Positions 1-13,715 of a stretch of DNA of 64,000 nt are shown here, piece after piece (within the stretch, counting starts at the first letter, position 1; each line of letters starts with the position of its first letter). The notes beneath the pieces were generated by a model. It saw only the letters and a list, made by a program, of their open reading frames with translations. It ran no database searches and was not told the origin of the DNA. Origin of the DNA: Lepidodermella squamata (lineage: Eukaryota; Animalia; Gastrotricha); the NCBI GenBank assembly GCA_047495785.1, contig JBLDXI010000043.1:496001-560000 (forward strand), written 5' to 3'. Made by a program: the position numbers and the translations under genes.

Positions 1-3000
1 CCTGCGATTTGAAAAAAATCAAAAATCTATCAAAATATTGAAATTTCGAATTACCTTCAGCTGCTGCATCTCCTGGGTAGCCTTAGCAAGGGCGCGTTGC
101 AAGTTGGCCTTGGACTCAGCCTCCTCCTCGAACTGCTCGCGAGCACGCTCGAGGTCGGCGGCCAAGTTGCGGGCCTCAGCCTGGAACTTGGCGCGGCCGC
201 GGGCTTCCTCGTCGAGGTTGCGCTTGGCCTCATCCAGCTGAGAGGCGAGCTGCTGCTTGGCCTTGGCCAAGCCGTTGAGTTGAGACTCGGCTTCCTCCAA
301 CTGGCGCTGCAGATCCGCACCTTCCTGGCCGGCGCGGGCGCGTTGGCCTAAGTAGAACAAAATCATAATTAGATCATATTTATAAAATTTTAGAAAATTT
401 CAGAAAGTTTTAAAAATTTAAGAAAATCCTCTTATTATTCATGAGATAGCGTGCCGATTTTCAAAAATCTTCATAATTCAAATGTAAAATTTCAACATTT
501 TAGTGAATAAATAGATCAAAATTTGATCACTAAATGGCTGATTTCAGCATTCGGCTGACGAATTTTTACCTTGAAGATCGGCAGCAACGCGAGCGGCCTC
601 GTCGAGCTTGGCCTGCAGGTCGCCGTTCTGACCCTCGAGCTGCTTGATGACCTTTTCGGCGTTGGCCTTGGCCTTGGACAGGACCTCCAGCTGGCCGTGA
701 AGATCGTCGACCTCAGACTTGAGCTGGGCCTTCTCCTTCTCGACCTTCTGGCGGTTCTTGTTCGCGGCATCAACAGCCTCGGTCAACTCGTTGACAGCGT
801 CCTGGTTCTTCTTACGAAGAGCGGCCAGGGCCTGTTCGCTCTGCAGGCGCTGCTCGTCGGCGTCGTGGCGCAGCTTGGCGAGTTCCTGCTCGCGGCGCTT
901 GTTCAGGTCGGCCTGGGCAGCAGTGGCACCGCCGGCCTCGTCCAAACGCACGCTCAGGTCCTCGAGTTCGCGCTGCAGTTCGGCGCGCTGCTTCTCGACC
1001 TGATTTTAATCGAAAAAAATTATATTAAACAATCATCATTTTCATCGATTTCACATTTCAATCAAAAGCAATTTAGTCGGAGACAAATTTGCAATATTCG
1101 CGAAAAACGCCTTTGCGAACAATCAGCATTAGTGCGCGCGCATTCAATAAAATCACTTCAGTGCGCACGCTCATTACGCGCGTAATAATTGCCGCGCACT
1201 CTCATTGGTCGCAATAAGTGCGCGCACAAACGAATAGCAATAAAACTAGCAAATTTAATGAGTCCGCGCACTAATGCCACGAAATTGAGCATAAATGAAT
1301 ATGCAAATTGAGCGCGCAGAATAATACGCTGAATAACTTTATTAATGGGGCTGATTTATGGGGAGTTGCAGTGATCGCGGTCTTCTGGACTTTTTGTTAT
1401 GAGAGTGTGATAAGTTACCTTGACGCGGTTGCCGCGCTCAGCCTCGAGTTCTTCCTCGAGCTCGTCGATGCGGCGCTGCTGGTCCTTGATCTTCTTCTGC
1501 AGCTGCGCGATGAGCGAGGCGTCCTCCTCGAGCTTTCCGTTCAAGTTGTTAATGTCGCCGTCACGCTTGCGAACGACGTCCTCGAGCTCGTGGCGCACGC
1601 GCTCCAGCTCGGCGACGGCGTCCTGGGTGACCTTGAGGTCGCCCTCCAGCTTGCGCTTCGCCTTCTCAACATCGCCGCGGATCTTCTTCTCGCGGTTCAG
1701 GTTCTCTTCCAGCTCGTCGAGGGCAGCCTCCAACTTCTGCTTGGTCTTGCCAAGTTGGCTAACCTAAAATAACGAAAAGACAGAAATGAGAATTTTTCAT
1801 TTTCATTCAAAAAACGTAAAAAAATTGAATTTTAAATTTAAAAAAATTTCTGAAATTGTGTGAAAATCTTAAAAATGCTTACCTTGTCCTCTTCGGCCTG
1901 GAGATCGGACTGGGTCTTCTTGAGGTTCTCCTCGAGCGACTTCTTCTCCTTGGACAGCTTGGCAACCGCCTGGTCCTGGCCGGCGAGGTCGTCCTGCAGC
2001 TTGCGGATCTGCTGGTCCTTGGCCTGCTTGTCCTGCTCGGCCTTGTGCAGCGTCGACTCCATGTTGGCGAGGTCGCCCTTCAGGTTGTCGATCTCGCCCT
2101 CCAGCTTGTGGCGAGCACCCTCGCCCTGGCTGGCGCGGGCCTCCAGCTCGGAGCAGCGGTCCTCGAATTCCTTGGCGCGCTCCTCGACCGACTGGCGCTG
2201 TTCGAGCAGGTTGGCGAGCTTTTCCTCCATCTCGCCGATCGAGTCCTGCGTCGACTGCAGCGAGATGAACAGGTCGTTCTTCTGCTGCAGCAGCGTCACG
2301 TTCTGCTCCTCGAGCTGCTTCGCCAGCGTGGAGACGCGCTCGAGCTCGGATTTCGTCTTCTCGAACTCTTCTTCCTTCTTGCGCATCTCGTCCTCGCCGC
2401 GGATCTGCGACAACAGCGGCTTGATGAGCGTGTACATCTTCCACCACTTCCACGTGCGCACAGCCTAGGAAAAAAAATGAGAGAAAAATATAAGAAAAAG
2501 CGAAAATTTGAAACTCAAAATAGCCGTTGTAAAATTTAAAATTTAAATTTCAAAAAATTTAAAATTTGAACCAATTTGAGTAGTCAACATCTTTTTCGGA
2601 ATTCGCACTGACAATAGTTCAAATTCAAATTTCGAAATTTCGAAAATTTCAAAAAGTTTCAAAAGGTTACAATTAATGAAGAATTTCTAGGTGTGTGATT
2701 TTCGACTTACCATGTACTTGCGGATGTTGCGCTGGATCATGTCGAGAGCAGCACGCTGGTCGACGAGCTTCTTGTACTTGCGGCGCATGAGGTAGCCACG
2801 GACGTAGGCCTGGAACGAAGACAGGATGCCAGACAGCTTGTCCTCGCGCCACTCTTCCAGCTTGGCGACGATACCGGCGCGGAAGAACACCTTGGTCAAG
2901 CCGAGCTTGTAGTCAGACTCGCCCATGGTCAAGGCGCCCAAGACCTTCTCGGCAACGACCTGCAAAAAAAACATCGAAAATATTAAAATCTCAATTAAAC

Positions 3001-6000
3001 AAAATTAAAATTGAAATTTTTTGATACTTTTTCAATACTTATACGAAAATCCCGGCAATTTAAATTTAATTCGACAGAAAAATTGAAATTTCATTAAGCT
3101 CATTGAAAAAATTGGAATCGATTGAAAAATCAAATTCGAAATTTCAAAATTGAGTGGACACCCTAAATTTAGGCTCAAGTGAAATTTTCCAATATTTCCA
3201 CAGCTATCAGTGATCAGTTTATGAGTTTCAGCCAGCAGAGCCGATATCGATTCCAAATATCGATTTAAAAAATCAATCAAGCGATTTTTCGATATTTCAT
3301 CAATTTTTCAATCTTTTTGACTTTTCGATCTTTTTTAATCTTTTTTAGACAATTTTAAGAATGTTAAAATTGTTTGCAAATTTCGAATTGAAAAATTGAA
3401 ATTTAATTCTTTAATTATTGAAATTTAATTTTACAGCTGAAGATTTTTTCTAAGCTTGCCTTAGCGTCGACGAAGCCGGACGGGACGGCGTTCGGGGCCA
3501 AGATGGTGTAGCGCTGCTTGAAGTCGGGGTAGATCATGCGGTTGGGGAAGCCCTTGCGGCAAATACGGATGCCCTCGAGCACACCGTTGCACTTGAGCTG
3601 GTTGAGCACCAAGTGGGCGTCGATGTACCACGACTGCTTCATCTCGTTCGGGATGAGGCAACGCACGAAGTGGGGGTGAGTCGAGTACAAGTTCTTCATG
3701 AGACGGTTCAGCGAGTCGCGATGGGCCGCCGAGATGGTCTGCATGGCACCACCCTTCTTCTTCTTGCCACCACCACCTCCGGACTCTGCACGCCAAAATA
3801 AAGGGGAAAAATTCAAAATAAATCCGAAAATTAGGAGAAAAAAGTCGAAAAATAGCAACAAAAATTTGAAATTTTCAGTAAGCAACTATAGCTAACGAGT
3901 GAACTAAAAGCTAAGCTAACAGCCTTGTCATTGAAGTAGAAGCGAAATTGAATAATTTCTGAAAAATTACAAGTTGAAGTTCCATTGTGAAAGCAAAATA
4001 AAACTGATTTTAAATTGACGAGAAATTCAAAGAAAAATCTTTATGAAAGCTGAAAGATGAGACTGAGAAATTTCATGCAAGCTTTAAACAGAAATTATCA
4101 GCTTTATTAGAGTAGCTAAGCTATTTTTCGAGTCGAAAGATCGAAACTCACCTTTTTCTATCAAGTAGAAAACCAACAATTTTAATAAATTCTCACGAAA
4201 AATTTCACTCATCATATTTGAATTTAAATTTCAAAATTTCAAAATTTTTCAAATTAGTTGAAAACTGACCCTCGGGCTCGTTCGGGAAGAAGATGGGGAC
4301 GAGGGTGTCCTTGGACGACGACATGAGTTCGATGGTGCAGGCCTGGATGGGATCCTTGTTGCGCTCGAGCCAGCCGTTGCAGTTGTACGCGACGGTGCCG
4401 GCGTAGTGCTTCAGCTGGAAGTGAGGTTCCTTGTCCTTTTCCTTGGCCTTGCCCGGCTGCGGCTTCAGGAAGCACGGCGACTTGCCCAAATGGTTCTGGT
4501 ACAGCTTCTCGACGAACGACTTGTCAGAACCTATGCAAAACAGAAATTTAAGAAATATGTGAAATTTAATTGAATACAATTAAATTCGACTTCAAAACTG
4601 AGTTCTCGCCATGAAAAAAGCAACTCGAGTTCCTCAAATCCATTGTCTCGATTTTTCAAAAATTTTCGTGAAAATAAAATTCGAACTTCAATTATATGAA
4701 AAAATTGAAAAATTCAAAATTTTGAAATTTTTTCAACGGGATTTCTCAATTTAATCCCGATTGAATTTTGATGAATTTTCGAATCAGATCAATCAATTCA
4801 AAATTCGAATTTCAAAATTTGAAAAATTCCGAAGAAGTCTGGATTTCGGAAAAATGGAAGATTTTAAAATTCAACTTCATAGATAAAGCTCGAAATTTTG
4901 AAAAATTCAAAAAATTTAAAGTCAGAATAAGGAATTTCGGTTTTTTTCGAACCAAATTAAAATTTCGAATATCCATATAATTTAATGATTTCTTATTGAT
5001 TTCTGGTGAAAAATATATTTTTTTTGTTGATTTAGCTCACCCTTGGGGACGATGCACTCCTCCTCGAGAATGGCCATGATGCCCATGGGCTTCTCGATGA
5101 GCTCGATACAAGCGGCCAAGTCGAGGCCGAAATCGATGAAGACCCAGTCGATGGCCTCCTTCTTGTACTCCTCCTGCTCGAGCACGAACATGTGGTGGTT
5201 GAAGAACTGCTGCAGGCGCTCGTTCGTGTAGTTGATGGCGAGCTGTTCGAACGAGTTGAACTCGAAGATCTCGAACCCGGCAATGTCCAGCACACCGATG
5301 AAGTACTGGCGACGGCTCTTCGTGTCCAGCGTCTGGTTGCAGCGCTTGACCAGCCAGTCGAACAGACGCGAGTACAACGACTTGGACAGCGTAGCGACGG
5401 CGTACGTGACCTATTATGACGTCAACGAAAAATCACAAAAAATGTAAACAAGTTGGAGGAACCGCAACAATTTAGCATTCAAAAAATTGGAAAAAATTAG
5501 AAATCAATAATTTTCAAAAATGTATTTTTCAGTAAACTTTTCAAAACCAGATCCCTTATCAAAATCCCAGTCAATCAATTCACGTAAATTTAGGTACTCT
5601 TCATCAGTTTCCATGATTTTTCGAAAAATTAATTTGAAAATTTTACGATTTTATTAAAAAATTTGAAAATATCATTTTCAATTATTGAAGGTGTACGAAA
5701 TTTCGAATTCCCAACTTTGTTTTAGGTTTATGGGTCCTAATCAGCCAATTAATGTTTTTTAATTTGTCCAACTTTCAAGTCTCGAAACCCAAATCGAATG
5801 AAGTTCTCCAAATTTAGCTATTCAAAATATAGCTTTTCAATCCACAAGTTGAATTTTCGAGTCACGAATTTCCTTTGTTTTCAGATTCGAATACTGTGGG
5901 AAAATTTAGCTCTTAAAAACACTAAAACCTCATAAACCTTATCGGAACTTATTTCTATACAAGGAAATTTAAGATTTTTCGACATTTCAAGATTCCCTTT

Positions 6001-9000
6001 CACTAAAAAATCATTTTAAGAAAAATTTCAAAATACAAATTCGTTTTGATATTGGAAATTGTTTCTCCGATTCGATGGAATAATTTTTTTTGGGTTGCCC
6101 TCACTTGCGCATTTATCACTTGCGCATTTATCACTTGCGCATTTTATTTTTACCCTTATTTTATCGCTTGCGCATTTTATCTCAAAAAAATTGAAATATC
6201 AAGTGCTCTATTGCCATTTTGTCGTATAATTATACAATATTTATCAAAAAGTTCGACATTTGTGGTACAAACGTTTTTGTCAACTTTCCATAGTCCTATA
6301 ACAGACTAGGAGACAGAATTAAAAGCGAAAAATAGAAAAACAGAGTAGACATGTTTTGGGCGCCATTTCAAGCACGTGCCGTGCACCATGTGGTGCGGTG
6401 AACGTCGAGTGGATTTTCAAACCGTCATTTTTCATTCTAATGTTTTCTGAAACACTTGAGACTGGGCAATGAAACTCAACTGCGTTGTTGATGGATGCGA
6501 GCATTCCTTCTCTGACGCCCGGGGCTTAGCTTGCCATTATCGGAAGAAGCATGGCCTGTCTAAGGCACAAGTCGAGGAGCTGAGAGCGCAGCACGTCCTG
6601 CGTGACGTGAATGAAGCCGAAGAAGAAGTTCTGGACTTCCCGATTGACGATCGAAGTGGTGAAGGGGAGACGAGAGCTGAATCAAGAGCATCGATTCGAT
6701 CTGATTCAAATTCTACAGCATCAAATTCGAGTTCAGCTAATTCAAACTTGTCCGTGTTACCTGAAACTGAGGCATTTCCTGCGACCGATAATCAAATCTA
6801 ACGACGGACTAAAATCATCATCTTATACGAACAAGCAATCTTTTTCTTTTAGCATGTTTTTCGATTTTTTGATTCGAAATAAACAGTCACTTCTGTCTCC
6901 TAGTCTGTTATAGGACTATGGAAAGTTGACAAAAACGTTTGTACCACAAATGTCGAACTTTTTGATAAATATTGTATAATTATACGACAAAATGGCAATA
7001 GAGCACTTGATATTTCAATTTTTTTAAGATAAAATGCGCAAGCGATAAAATAAGGGTAAAAATAAAATGCGCAAGTGATAAATGCGCAAGTGATAAATGC
7101 GCAAGTGAGGGTAATTCTTTTTTTTAAATGTCCCATAAATATGATAGTCGATGAGACCTTCTAATTTTAATTCCTCATGAATATTCATAAAATCCCCGAA
7201 GATTGTTAAACGCACATTTTGAATCGTTTTCAACAGTTTTCCGAGCCTCAAATTTCTTATATATAATTTTTTCCCCAGATTTTTCGATTTTAAAAATTTG
7301 AAATTACAAGGCTGCTTTTCAAGACTGACCTGATCCTTGTTCTGCGACTTGTTGACCCACTCGGTGCCGACCTTGACCTTGGGCTTGACCAAGCACTTGA
7401 TCAAATCGGCGGCGTTGATGCCGAGCAAGAAGGCGGCCTTCTCAGCCTCGGCGGTGCCGTCGGCCTCGGCCTGCTCGTCCTTGGACTGCTTGAACTTCAT
7501 CTCACCCATCCACATGATGGCGGCGCAGCACTTGAACATGGACATCTTCTCGGCCTCGGTGAAGCCGAGCACGTCCAAAGCATCGGCCGTCGCCTTCATC
7601 TCAGCCACGTCGTCCATGCCGTCGACTTGCAGCACACCCTGGTTCGTGAACGCGTACTGGCCAGCGTCCGGGTTCAGCAGCAGCTTGTCTGGAAAATGAA
7701 AATTTTACAAATTAATCATTTATTCAATAAATAATCACAAAATTATGATTATTAATTAAGGACGTTAATTGCAAAAAAAAGAAAAGAGAGGACTTTGCCC
7801 TTTTGTCGCTTATTTCAAACAACGTTACGAAGTTTCTCCTCAACCAGCGCAATAGAAATTAGTTTTGGTGAAATTGAGACATGAAGTTTCAAAATAATTA
7901 AAGGAAGCGAAAATCTCAAGGTTGTAGTTTCGTTTTTCATGTATTGATAAGACCTCAGTCTTCTTGAGTCTTCTAATTAGACCCGGGAACTAGGAAGGCC
8001 GCAACCACTTAACAAAAGGTTTCATCTTAACAAAATTCGAGTCTTCCCTAAATTCTCAATTTTTAATTTCAATGCCATGATCATTCAGCCTACATGAGCC
8101 TATATTGATTGCAAATATCGATTTCACAGATCAGGACTTTTTTCGATTTTTTGATAAGGCAATATCGAATTTTTTCTACCTTTCTGGTGGTACTCTATTT
8201 CGCCTCAACAACAAATCCCGGTTTTATTTGGGACATTGTAGGCCGGGTTTCGTAAGGTCAAAGTCCAAAGCATGATTCATGCTATTGAAATAATGCAGCT
8301 AGTTGTTAGAATAATTTTTCAAATTCTCCAGATTATCCAGATTATTGAAAAGTATCTTGAGAATGCTGGGTTATTTTAATAGGGGAATTTCTAAAATAGT
8401 TTGAAAAATCTGAAAAATTTGAAAAATAAGGCTACACATATAACGTTACAGAGTAGTGTTATTTCTAACCGTCACGCGCTATTTTTAGAATTGTACTTTG
8501 ACCCTGCAAACCCGGCCTACAATGGACATCAGAATTGATCAAGAAGAGAAAAAATCGAAATCGCAACGAATCGGACACATTTAGGGCTGAAAACCTTGAA
8601 TATTCATATCTATCCCCAATTTATCATGATTTTTTCAAATTCCCGATTTGTCAATTTTTTTCATTTTTTCAATCTACTTTTCGATAATCAAAATTTTCCA
8701 AAATTTCAACATTTCAAATTCAAAATATTAAATAAGTTTTAAATAAGTATTAGCCAAATTTTCCTAATAATTGAAAAAAGTCGTCGAAATAATTAGGTCA
8801 GGCTGCTATCATTTCGTACAGGAACTGTAATTTAGGAGGCGAGAACTTCTCAATCGCGTTGAAGAATCGGGGAGTTTAATAGATAGGGTTTAAAAAAATT
8901 GAAATTTTTCAAAAATGGCAAGACGAACTCACCAGCGAACTGCTTGGCGCCATCGGAGACCAGCTGGTAGAAGATGTGGTAGTTGCGCTCGAGGCGACCG

Positions 9001-10746
9001 CACGCCGTGACACGCGACTTCTCGAGCAGGTAGTGCTCGATATCGGCACCGGCGATCTTGCCGGTCGGGCCGAAGTGGATGCGGATGAATTTACCGAAGC
9101 GCGACGAGTTGTTGTTACGCACCGTCTTGGCGTTACCGTACGCTTCCAGCGGCGGGTTGCAGCCGACGATCTGCTCCTCGAGCGAGCCCTTCTTCTGCGC
9201 CGACTCCTCGACCTGGCCTTTAGCGGCATCGGCGGCGGCCTGCGCGGCGGCGACCTTGGCGAAGTACTGGATGACCTTCTTCGTGTTCTCGGTCTTACCG
9301 GCACCAGACTCGCCACTGTTCAACGCAAAGACAACAATAAATTTGAAAAATATTCCAAAAAATGAGAAGACAAAAATATCCAGAAATTGTCAAAAATCTC
9401 AGCATCAAACCGATTATTTGTGAATTCATAATTTTCTTCCAAATTTTTTTCCGATGTTTTTTACCGGCATGAAACTCAAGAAACAGCGATCATTTTTTTT
9501 AATTTGAATTTTTTGAGAAATTCGAAAGATGCATTTTAGACTCGTATGAAAGTTGAAAATAAATTCGAGAAATTGAGATCGATGAGAATTTCAATGGAGA
9601 TTTCTCATTTCTGTTAAATATATTTGGGGTTCTCGCGAGAAATAATGAAATTGAAAAAGGTTTACGCGCACTCTAATTTTTTGCGCGCGCGCTCTCGGCT
9701 ACCGCGCAGAATTTAGAGTGCGCGTAAAACTTTTTCAATTTCATTTCAAATTCAAAACCGTGCGGTTCAAAATCCATTTAAATTTCGACTTCACGCGAAG
9801 CCCAAAAGTCCACTTTCCCCTTATAGCCTCCAATTTCGCAAAATGGTGAAATTTCCAAGTGGGATTTCAGGAGCCCCAAGCGTTGAAGAATCGTTGAAGT
9901 AGGGTATTATTTTCACCATAAACCATGCGTTGTATGTAACAAGGGAAAATGTAGATTCAACCAATCGAGAATTTCACCATTTTCATTTTTTCGAAAATCT
10001 CAAACATTTTGAAATTTTCAAAAATTGAAATTGAAATTTTCGAATTTCACAAAAAATATTTTGTCACATAAAATTTATGGAAAATTTAAAACAATATAAT
10101 CTAGATTGTTATAAATAATCAGAAATAATGTGATTTCAATTTCAACTCATTTTGAATTTTTCATTAATTTTTCAATTTATCCTCATTTTTTCTGAATAAA
10201 ATATGTCAAGACTTACGTAATCAGGATGGACTGATTCTCACGATCTTGCAACATGAACGAGAAGGCGCCGTCAGCGGTGGCGTACAAGTGAGGCGGCATC
10301 TCAGTACGACGCTTGCCGCGGTACTTGGCAATGACCGACTCGGTGTAGATCGGCAGGAACTTGTACGGGTTGATGACGACGCAGAACAAGCCCGAATAGG
10401 TGTAGATGTGCTGGTGGAAGTAGCGCTGGCGCAAGTTGTGCAGGATAGCGGCTTCGTTGAGCTGCGTCAAGTCAGCCATGTCCGTGCACTGCTCGTACTT
10501 GGGCGGGTTCGGGTCCTGGCACAGCTCCTTGTTCAGGGTCTTCATCTCGCCCTTCTCGGTCTTGACCGTCACGTCGTCGCCCTTGGTCGACTCGATTTCG
10601 GCGAGGACGAAGCCGTCCTTCTCGCACGGGATCCATGTCGCCTTCTTCGGGTCGATCTTGGACTGCGCGAGCTCGGCGAGCAGCTTCTTGCGGTCGACGA
10701 CCAGAAACTGGTATTCCGGCTCGGTTTCAGGGATCGCACGATCCAT
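1..10746 (-). CDS. Mhc: Myosin II heavy chain, striated-muscle type (5' part: SH3-like N-terminus, motor domain, IQ neck, start of coiled-coil rod); continues beyond window start
   Basis: Exons read from splice sites, all in frame: 10746-10217, 9315-8933, 7688-7330, 5410-5041, 4530-4270, (candidate microexon 4157-4152), 3785-3460, 2959-2711, 2464-1883, 1763-1419, 999-570, 347-55, next exon starting at base 1. Motifs: P-loop GESGAGKT, switch I NNNSSRFG, switch [30 protein letters not shown] hook, heptad rod. Confidence 0.97.
6092..7117. mobile_element. Non-autonomous long-TIR DNA element (Mutator/foldback-like) in a myosin intron, carrying a C2H2 zinc-finger ORF
   Basis: Near-identical 227-bp inverted repeats (6092-6318 and 6891-7117) with 15-bp subterminal tandem units TCACTTGCGCATTTA; G...C termini; T8 on both flanks (6084-6091, 7118-7125) consistent with an 8-bp TSD. 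Superfamily assignment is inferred. Confidence 0.85.
6469..6801 (+). CDS. 110-aa C2H2-type zinc-finger protein inside the TIR element (truncated transposase N-terminus or cargo)
   Basis: ATG-initiated ORF with C-x4-C-x12-H-x4-H (CVVDGC...HYRKKH) followed by an acidic/Ser-rich tail. Confidence 0.55.
   Translation: MKLNCVVDGCEHSFSDARGLACHYRKKHGLSKAQVEELRAQHVLRDVNEAEEEVLDFPIDDRSGEGETRAESRASIRSDSNSTASNSSSANSNLSVLPETEAFPATDNQI
8234..8524. mobile_element. MITE with CAT...ATG termini and GA TSD
   Basis: About 34-bp TIR starting CATTGTAGGCCGGGTTT; GA at 8232-8233 and 8525-8526. Confidence 0.8.
9643..9745. repeat. About 100-bp imperfect palindrome (MITE remnant or hairpin)
   Basis: AATGAAATTGAAAAAGGTTTACGCGCACTCTAA is mirrored by TTAGAGTGCGCGTAAAACTTTTTCAATTTCATT. 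Confidence 0.65.
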
Positions 10747-11820
10747 GATTGTTCACGATGTGTAAACAGAGGTGTACAACTATGTGGGGGAAGAAATCGA
10801 ATGGGTTATTACCACTATTTTTTGATCACAATCGCTACTAATCGCAAGTCACGCCACAGGTCACTCATATACCAGAGAAGAGCAAGCGATAATTGGCCTA
10901 ATAGCATAGAAAATATCAAATTTAGAGAGCTTTTCGAGATCAAAATAATGAAAAATTGAGTTATGTACTTGGTTAGGATGTTTGATTCTAATTTGATCGG
11001 GTCAACGGCTCATTTTGTTTCCCCGATCAAATTTGGATCAAATATAAAGGAAAATAATTATCAAGTCAGAATTTGCTCAGTGTATTTGCATATTTAAGGG
11101 GAAAATTCCACGAAAACTCCCAGCCGTTTGAGAAAATTTCACCCAAGTACAATTTTTCACAATTTCCATATTCCAATATGATTTTTACTCGAACCAGTAA
11201 AAATTCAAAAATGTGATTATTATGGATTATGGATCAACTTTAATCGGTATTAGAAATCACCCAAGCCACACTTAACAGAAATTCATGGAATTAAATCTCT
11301 AATATTCAATTTTTGCCAGGGTTTTTGAATATTTGAGATTTTGAGAATAGGCGGATTTTGAAAAATTGGGTCAAAAAATAATGTGAGATCAAAGCGGAAT
11401 CAAAGAAATCTCCTGCGATTTACGACTGATTCCGATTTGATCCTACTAACGCCGCCTTAAATCCTCCTTAAATTTCCTTGGATTACGGCTACCTAAACAT
11501 TGTGAGTTAAGAAGTCCCACAAAATCGAGGTGCGTTGTAAACACGTTGTTGAAAACTATCGAAGGAAATGTAACACTGGTGGGAAATGCGTGTTTTGGTG
11601 GAAAGAAGCAAGAGGCCGGGCAGTGGCGGCTTAAGTATCGCGATTGCCCAGCCGGCAGCCGTAAAAGGCAATCTCGCCCATCCTTCACTCACTCAGCCGA
11701 GATGTTATTGCCCGGCCGGCCGGGTAGAGCTGAAAACTGACGGCAGCTGATCGTGAGCGATGTTGTTTGTTACATCTTCTACAACACGTTGTTTAGACCG
11801 GCACATCTAACAACACTCAT

Positions 11821-11843
11821 GATAGATAGATAGATAGATAGAT
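11821..11843 (+). repeat. (GATA)n microsatellite
   Basis: GATA repeated just under six times. Confidence 0.9.
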
Positions 11844-13715
11844 GGGCGCTGTTAAGATGGAGGAGGATTATCTGTGCGCGCGCACGCACAAAGTGGCGCA
11901 ATGAAACGCGCGCAAAGTGCGCACAAGAGCGCGCACATTAAAATCATTATTATTATTGCTATTGCGCGCACTTTATCTCCTGCTCCTCCTCCTCCTCTGT
12001 TGCTTGTAAAACACATCGGTTATTTGATGCGCGCGCGCACGGAATATTTTCAGCCCTCAGCTTTCAGCTATGTTATCATAAAGCTGCTGCTGCTGCTGCT
12101 GCTATTAAACAGCCCGCGGATGATGGTGCGGTTAAATGCCGGCAGCAGTTATAAATCAAAACGTCGACAGCATCAGCAGCGCAAGATGAGCAGGCGCAAG
12201 TGCGCCCATTTTCCGAAAATGGTAATTATTCCGGCAGCAGCGGATATCTTTTCCTGCCTGCCATGTCCAGGCGCAACTCGGTCGAAAACACATATTATCC
12301 GCGCGGTAATCGAAATATCCGGTCTCGTTGTTCCGCGGCGAGTTGTTTAAACAAAATTCACTTTACGCCGCGCGCGCGCTCGCGCTTTCTGTTTATTTAT
12401 ACATCAATCAATGTTCGAGTTTAACGCGGTGATGGAAACGCCCATTTCTCACCCGGTGCGGTTCCTGGCGAGGGTAGAAAAAATCTACAATTTTGTAGGA
12501 TATTTTTTTGCTGGAAAAAATAGCCTTCAAGGCGTGAGAACACGATATCTATTAACGCTACATGCGCTGCAGACCTTAAAATAAATAAAAACACGGAAAT
12601 AATGGACTGGCAGAGAGAAGGAATGGACTAAGTGATTATTCTTCATGCTGAGATGAAATTTCCGAGGTTTTTTGCTCTCTGGATTAAATTAATTAAAGAA
12701 ACCTATTTGAAGCGTAGTGCATTCACGATTTTTGCTGGGGGAAACAATCACGAAACATTTTTAAAGCGTATTTCGCGCTGATTGATTTTGAGAGGATGCC
12801 ACTCCTGAAGATTACGGTGTCCCATGCAGCTGAAGGGTACTGCTGTAGCTGATTTACTGGCGAAAAATTGTTATGCTCAACTGTGATTTTCAGTTACTTA
12901 TACCTGATGTTTTCCAGTTGGGAAACGAATTCGACTGAAATGACCCGACATTAAATTAATCACGGTGGCAATTTTGCTGGCTGACATACCAGGTATCATC
13001 AGCTGAGTAGAAATACCTTCTATGTTGAGTTCCTGGATCGGTGAGATCGGAGTTGAATTATTTTATTTTTAGAAATAATTTACTTTTGCTTTTCTCCGTG
13101 ACTTCCGAAAAAATACCTTGAGAGGAAGACTCTAAACGACCTTTACCTTCTAATTTGTTATTTGTTATTTTTATTTGCGCGTTCAAGAAGCCCTGAATTA
13201 TCAACTCAGGTTCCACAGCTTTCAACTTTTAAGGAACCAAATTGGTAGGAAATGATTCTATGGTAGGCAAATTCTGCTGGTGAACTGAGCCAAGGTGATT
13301 GACTATACGCAACATTTTTTTTTAATAATTTGCAGCTCGCTCATTAGTCTAGTCGGACTATTAGGGTGTCGGACGATCATTCAAAGTATTATATGCCTGA
13401 TTTTTTTTTAAAATGTGCTTGCTAATGCTGGTTGCAAATGCTGATATCTTCGAGCATGCAAAACTTGAACTCAAGTTTAAAACGCTTCATTAGCCCGATT
13501 TCATAGCCGGGACACTCTCAGTGTGCCCCTTTTCACAAAGATTAAGTAAACGCGCTGTAGTCGGAGGAACGTCCGATGATGGTCCACGAAAAAATGCCTT
13601 ATCAATTGTTGATAAGCCTCCATACCTCGAAAAACAACAGATAACAACCCACGAGGCTATAAAAAGCCGCAGCACTAGTTTTAATCACATAGGTTATACC
13701 TTTACTTCACGTATC

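Noticed and set aside
6046-7136. Twin ORFs with (TCAFI)n repeats at 6046-6309 and 6900-7136
   Set aside because: They are translations of the two TIRs and their 15-bp tandem repeats.
38-10959. Many long plus-strand and alternate-frame ORFs over the myosin gene
   Set aside because: They are shadow ORFs caused by the GC-rich codon usage of the myosin exons.
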